A stretch of DNA of 9,635 nt from Candidatus Wukongarchaeum yapensis (GTDB lineage Archaea > Asgardarchaeota > Wukongarchaeia > Wukongarchaeales > Wukongarchaeaceae), in assembly GCA_016840425.1 (NCBI GenBank), contig JAEOSI010000071.1, positions 1 to 9,635 of the forward strand, written 5' to 3'. Shown in pieces: positions 6,575 through 9,635 of the stretch. The translations under genes were made by a program, and so were the position numbers. Below the pieces are notes generated by a model. The model had not been told where the DNA came from and ran no database searches. It saw only the letters and a program-made list of their open reading frames with translations. Every line of letters begins with the position of its first letter. The first letter of the stretch is position 1.

Positions 6575-7453
6575 ATGAATAGCTTGGTTAAAGTTTTTAT
6601 TACAACGCCTTTAAAGGCTTCAAGCGAGCTTGCTGCCCAAGCTATAAGAAGCGAGAAGTATGATGCACTTTTTTTAACTTTTCATAAAGATATCGAGTAC
6701 TATCTTTATGACTTGGCTGAAGGAGAGCCACTCGAAACAATTGTAGAGAAAATTTTGAAAAAGAATTTAATTGCCGAGCCTTCTGCTGCCTGGATATATT
6801 GGGCTGAACCCGTGCTAAAAGCCCTGGAAGGCCTTTTTAAAATCAACCCTAGCGTGGAAATTTTATGCGTAGAAGAATCTTATGAACATGAGTATGCAAC
6901 TACTTGCAAGGTAGATCTTGCCGTTTTAGAGTTCAAAGGAATACTGGGCAGGGTCGATATTGAACAATGGAGGAAACTTTTACACGAGTATATTCTTTTT
7001 TCCCTACACTCTTCTCAGAAAAAAGTGGATTTCATAGCAGAAGAAGCAAAAAAACACAGGGAGAGTTTATGTATCAGTTTTAATAGCGGAAGCATCAAAC
7101 GTCTCTTTAAAATACTAGGAATCAAAGTTCAGCTTAAATACACCATGAAACCCTACTTCTTTTTACCCCCCCAAGTCTTACAAAGGGTTATAAGAAAAGA
7201 GATGATTTGCGGAGAAGCTGTGCCTGATAACGTATTAGAAGAGCTAATAGAACAGGATATTGACTTTATAAGCAACTACTTGCAATCCTCTAAAAACATT
7301 GATGAAGCATATGAAAAATGGATAAAAGTTAAAAGACCAAAAAAACCGTTAAAAAAAAAGAGGTTTAGAGCTGTTAGGGCAGGGACTGTCCGAATTTACG
7401 CCTGCGGAGACAGAGCCTCTACCGAGAGAGATCTCGGCAAGTTCAGTCGTTGA
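6575..7453 (+). CDS. Hypothetical protein (292 aa); last ~33 codons overlap an IS200/IS605 remnant
   Basis: Long ORF with its own promoter-like signal and globular composition up to about EAYEKW. The tail (RAVRAGTVRIYACGD...) is read from tnpB-tail-like DNA. Confidence 0.8.
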   Translation: MNSLVKVFITTPLKASSELAAQAIRSEKYDALFLTFHKDIEYYLYDLAEGEPLETIVEKILKKNLIAEPSAAWIYWAEPVLKALEGLFKINPSVEILCVEESYEHEYATTCKVDLAVLEFKGILGRVDIEQWRKLLHEYILFSLHSSQKKVDFIAEEAKKHRESLCISFNSGSIKRLFKILGIKVQLKYTMKPYFFLPPQVLQRVIRKEMICGEAVPDNVLEELIEQDIDFISNYLQSSKNIDEAYEKWIKVKRPKKPLKKKRFRAVRAGTVRIYACGDRASTERDLGKFSR

Positions 7454-7490
7454 AACAGGAATCTCCCTACGATAGCTGGGAGTAGTTCAC
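7353..7490 (+). mobile_element. IS200/IS605-family (IS1341/tnpB) 3' remnant with right end
   Basis: A shifted frame (7353-7475) reads KKRGLELLGQGLSEFTPAETEPLPREISASSVVETGISLR*, matching the typical TnpB C-terminal tail (G.G..E.TP.E...ASS.VE.G). Subterminal hairpin CTCCC...GGGAG followed by TAGTTCAC, ending in the TCAC right-end tetranucleotide. No RuvC, zinc-finger, tnpA or left end is visible. Confidence 0.75.
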
Positions 7491-7506
7491 AAAGTTATAA
7501 ATATCA
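7376..7506 (+). ncRNA. Putative orphan TnpB omegaRNA (reRNA) scaffold plus ~16-nt 3' guide
   Basis: Hairpin GGGCAG-GGA-CTGTCC. ACGCCTGCGGAGA motif, with CCTG (7401-7404) able to pair with CAGG (7456-7459) and GGAGA (7406-7410) with TCTCC (7462-7466). GNRA hairpin CCGAGA-GAGA-TCTCGG (7422-7437). Guide position 7491-7506 = AAAGTTATAAATATCA. Confidence 0.6.
7491..7503 (+). promoter_or_regulatory. BRE-TATA-like element immediately 3' of the IS right end
   Basis: AAAG-TTATAAATA. A second candidate TATA, TTTATTAA (7540-7547), lies closer to sufC. Confidence 0.45.
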
Positions 7507-7581
7507 CAAATGAAAGAATATAAAGTCCAAGAGAACCAGTTTATTAAGTATAGATATTCTGGAAGTAAAACGGGGATAAAA

Positions 7582-8331
7582 ATGTTGGAAGTTAGAGATC
7601 TTAGCATTGAAGTGGGAGGAAAAGATCTTTTACATGATATTAACATAAATATTCCAGAAGGGGAAACACACGTCTTATTTGGTCCTAATGGATCAGGTAA
7701 AACATCTATTATAATGGCAATTTTGGGATTTAAAGAATACAAAATTACCAAAGGTAGTATAATTTTTAAAGGTAAAGATATTACACAATTACCTACACAC
7801 GAACGAGCGAAAATGGGAATAGGTATCTCTTTTCAAAGGCCTCCTTCGATACCTGGGTTAAAAACCCGTAAAGTTGTTGAAATATGTGCTAAAAATAGTA
7901 ATGGGGATGTTAACGTATCCGAATTAGCAAAAATGCTAAACTTAGAAAAATTCTTAGACAGAGATCTAAATATCGGGTTTTCAGGCGGAGAAATAAAACG
8001 ATCTGAAATATTGCAATTGTTAGCGCAAGATCCTGATTTGGTTTTATTAGATGAACCGGAATCAGGAGTTGATTTAGATAATATTTCACTGTTAGGTAAT
8101 ATGATAAATCATCTTTTGCTTAAAGATAAACCATGTTATGAACGAAAAAAGCTAGAATTTAAAAAGTCTGGTTTAATTATTACTCATACAGGTCATATTT
8201 TGGATTATGTTAGATCAGACAAAGGGTATGTTTTATGCGAAGGAACGATTCAATGTCAAGGTAATCCAAGAGAACTATTGGAAAATATTAGAAAAGTAGG
8301 ATATGAAAAGTGTTTCGAATGTCCAATTTAG
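7582..8331 (+). CDS. sufC: Fe-S cluster assembly ABC ATPase SufC (SMS-type SmsC)
   Basis: Walker A GPNGSGKT, signature FSGGE, Walker B LLDEPESG, H-loop IITHTG, C-terminal C-x18-C-x2-C. Start moved from 7510 to ATG 7582 (GGGGA SD; MLEVRDLSIEV is a typical N-terminus). Confidence 0.96.
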   Translation: MLEVRDLSIEVGGKDLLHDININIPEGETHVLFGPNGSGKTSIIMAILGFKEYKITKGSIIFKGKDITQLPTHERAKMGIGISFQRPPSIPGLKTRKVVEICAKNSNGDVNVSELAKMLNLEKFLDRDLNIGFSGGEIKRSEILQLLAQDPDLVLLDEPESGVDLDNISLLGNMINHLLLKDKPCYERKKLEFKKSGLIITHTGHILDYVRSDKGYVLCEGTIQCQGNPRELLENIRKVGYEKCFECPI

Positions 8332-9542
8332 ATGATTTTAATTTAAAGGCAAAAAAAGCAAAATCTAAGGAAGGTTTATCGGTGGACTCTATATCTATTA
8401 AAGCTTATAAAGCTAAAACAGAAGAGAGAGCGTATATTGATGATCTTGATAGCTTACCATATGATGAAAAACAAACCATGCTTGAAGCAGGCATAGATAC
8501 AACTCAAAAGCAAAGATCCGGCACGTTTGTACAAATGGATCATTCTGTTATCCATGCTTCCACGTTAGAGAAAGGATTAGAAGTCATGAGTATTAAAGAT
8601 GCATTAGCTAAGTACGATTGGTTAAAGGACTATTGGTGGAAAACTATTGCTGTAGATAATGATAAATATACGTCACAAGCAGAATTAGAATTACATAACG
8701 GGTATTTTCTGCGAGCATTGCCGGGTACTAAAGAGATATTTCCCGTTCAAGCATGTTTGTATTTAAGCATTGAGGATCTTAAACAAAATGTCCATAATAT
8801 TGTCATGGTGGAAGAAGATGCTGAATTACATGTTATTACAGGATGTTCCGTAGGGTCTCATGTTAAAAGTGGTCTTCATATTGGTGTTTCTGAATTCTAC
8901 GTTAAAAAAAACGCTAAGTTAAGCTTTACCATGATCCATAACTGGGCAGAGAACGTTAAAGTGAGACCAAGAAGTTACGGAATAGTCGAGGAAAATGGTA
9001 TGTTTTTATCAAATTATATATCTTTGAAACCAGTATCTGATTTACAAATGTATCCTACTGTGAAATTAGTTGGTAAAAATGCAATAGCTAGGTTAAATTC
9101 TATTCTTGTAGCCCAAAAAGGATCTAATCTAGATGTAGGTTCGAGAATAATATTAGACGCTGAAAATTCAAAAGGTGAAGTTATTTCAAGAACGATAAGT
9201 AAAGGTGGAAATATTTGGGCGAGAGGGCACCTGATAGGTAAAGCCAAAGGCATAACAGCACATCTCGAATGTAACGGTCTTATACTTGATGAAGAAGGAT
9301 CTATTAGGGCTATTCCAGAATTAGAAGCTCATTTACCCGATTTAAGAATGTCTCACGAGGCTGCAGTAGGTAAAATAGCCCAAGATCAGATAGAATATCT
9401 CATGGCAAGAGGATTATCTGAGGATGAAGCCACAGCTACTATTGTTCGGGGATTTTTGGATGTAGATATCAAAGGCTTGCCACCTCAATTAAATAAACAA
9501 ATTAAGAAAATAATTGACATTGAAGGTGAAAAGTTCTTATAA
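8319..9542 (+). CDS. sufB: Fe-S cluster assembly scaffold SufB/SufD-family protein (SMS-type SmsB)
   Basis: SufBD beta-helix motifs: HNIVMVEEDAELHVITGC, HIGVSEFYV, MIHNW, HLECNGLIL, IPELE, SHEAAVGKI, YLMARGLSEDEA, IVRGFL. Overlaps the sufC stop by 13 nt, consistent with an operon. Confidence 0.95.
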   Translation: MSNLDDFNLKAKKAKSKEGLSVDSISIKAYKAKTEERAYIDDLDSLPYDEKQTMLEAGIDTTQKQRSGTFVQMDHSVIHASTLEKGLEVMSIKDALAKYDWLKDYWWKTIAVDNDKYTSQAELELHNGYFLRALPGTKEIFPVQACLYLSIEDLKQNVHNIVMVEEDAELHVITGCSVGSHVKSGLHIGVSEFYVKKNAKLSFTMIHNWAENVKVRPRSYGIVEENGMFLSNYISLKPVSDLQMYPTVKLVGKNAIARLNSILVAQKGSNLDVGSRIILDAENSKGEVISRTISKGGNIWARGHLIGKAKGITAHLECNGLILDEEGSIRAIPELEAHLPDLRMSHEAAVGKIAQDQIEYLMARGLSEDEATATIVRGFLDVDIKGLPPQLNKQIKKIIDIEGEKFL

Positions 9543-9635
9543 TTTAAAAAAGGCCCATGATAAAGTTATTTTTTGTAAGTTTTGTTTAGAATTCCCCAAA
9601 AATAATATTTAAGTTCTTAAATCCCCCTATTTTTT

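Noticed and set aside
6575-7453. 292-aa ORF as a TnpB or Cas12-like nuclease
   Set aside because: No RuvC motifs or Cys4 zinc finger. The TnpB-like tail lies in a different frame from this ORF.
7467-9253. Antisense ORFs 7467..7751 and 9014..9253; upstream starts 7510 (sufC) and 8310 (sufB)
   Set aside because: The ORFs are antisense shadows of sufC/sufB. Downstream ATGs 7582 and 8319 fit SD position and family N-termini better.

Overview
AT-rich archaeal chromosomal window. BRE/TATA promoters, oligo-T terminators, SMS-type sufCB and the style of the surface protein suggest a TACK or Asgard-type archaeon (inference). It holds eight credible CDSs: (1) a membrane-anchored surface glycoprotein with 7 beta-propeller repeats and 2 Ig-like domains (minus strand); (2) a small archaeal hypothetical protein; (3) a Cys-rich COG1180-type radical SAM enzyme (minus strand); (4) a ~10-TM membrane protein; (5) a COG1237 MBL-fold hydrolase; (6) a 292-aa hypothetical protein; (7-8) a minimal Fe-S assembly operon sufC/sufB (SmsC/SmsB). 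The most interesting signal is absent from the ORF track. About 140 nt at 7353-7490 look like the 3' tail of an IS200/IS605 tnpB gene with its omegaRNA (reRNA) scaffold and right end (...GGGAGTAGTTCAC), but no tnpB nuclease gene or left end is visible. This scaffold forms the 3' end of the unrelated 292-aa ORF, and its would-be guide is a BRE-TATA element upstream of sufCB. Also notable: a 76-nt structured G+C island and a perfect 10-6-10 palindrome in the ~720-bp intergenic region, and a 5' G/T to 3' A/C synonymous-codon gradient in two genes on opposite strands.
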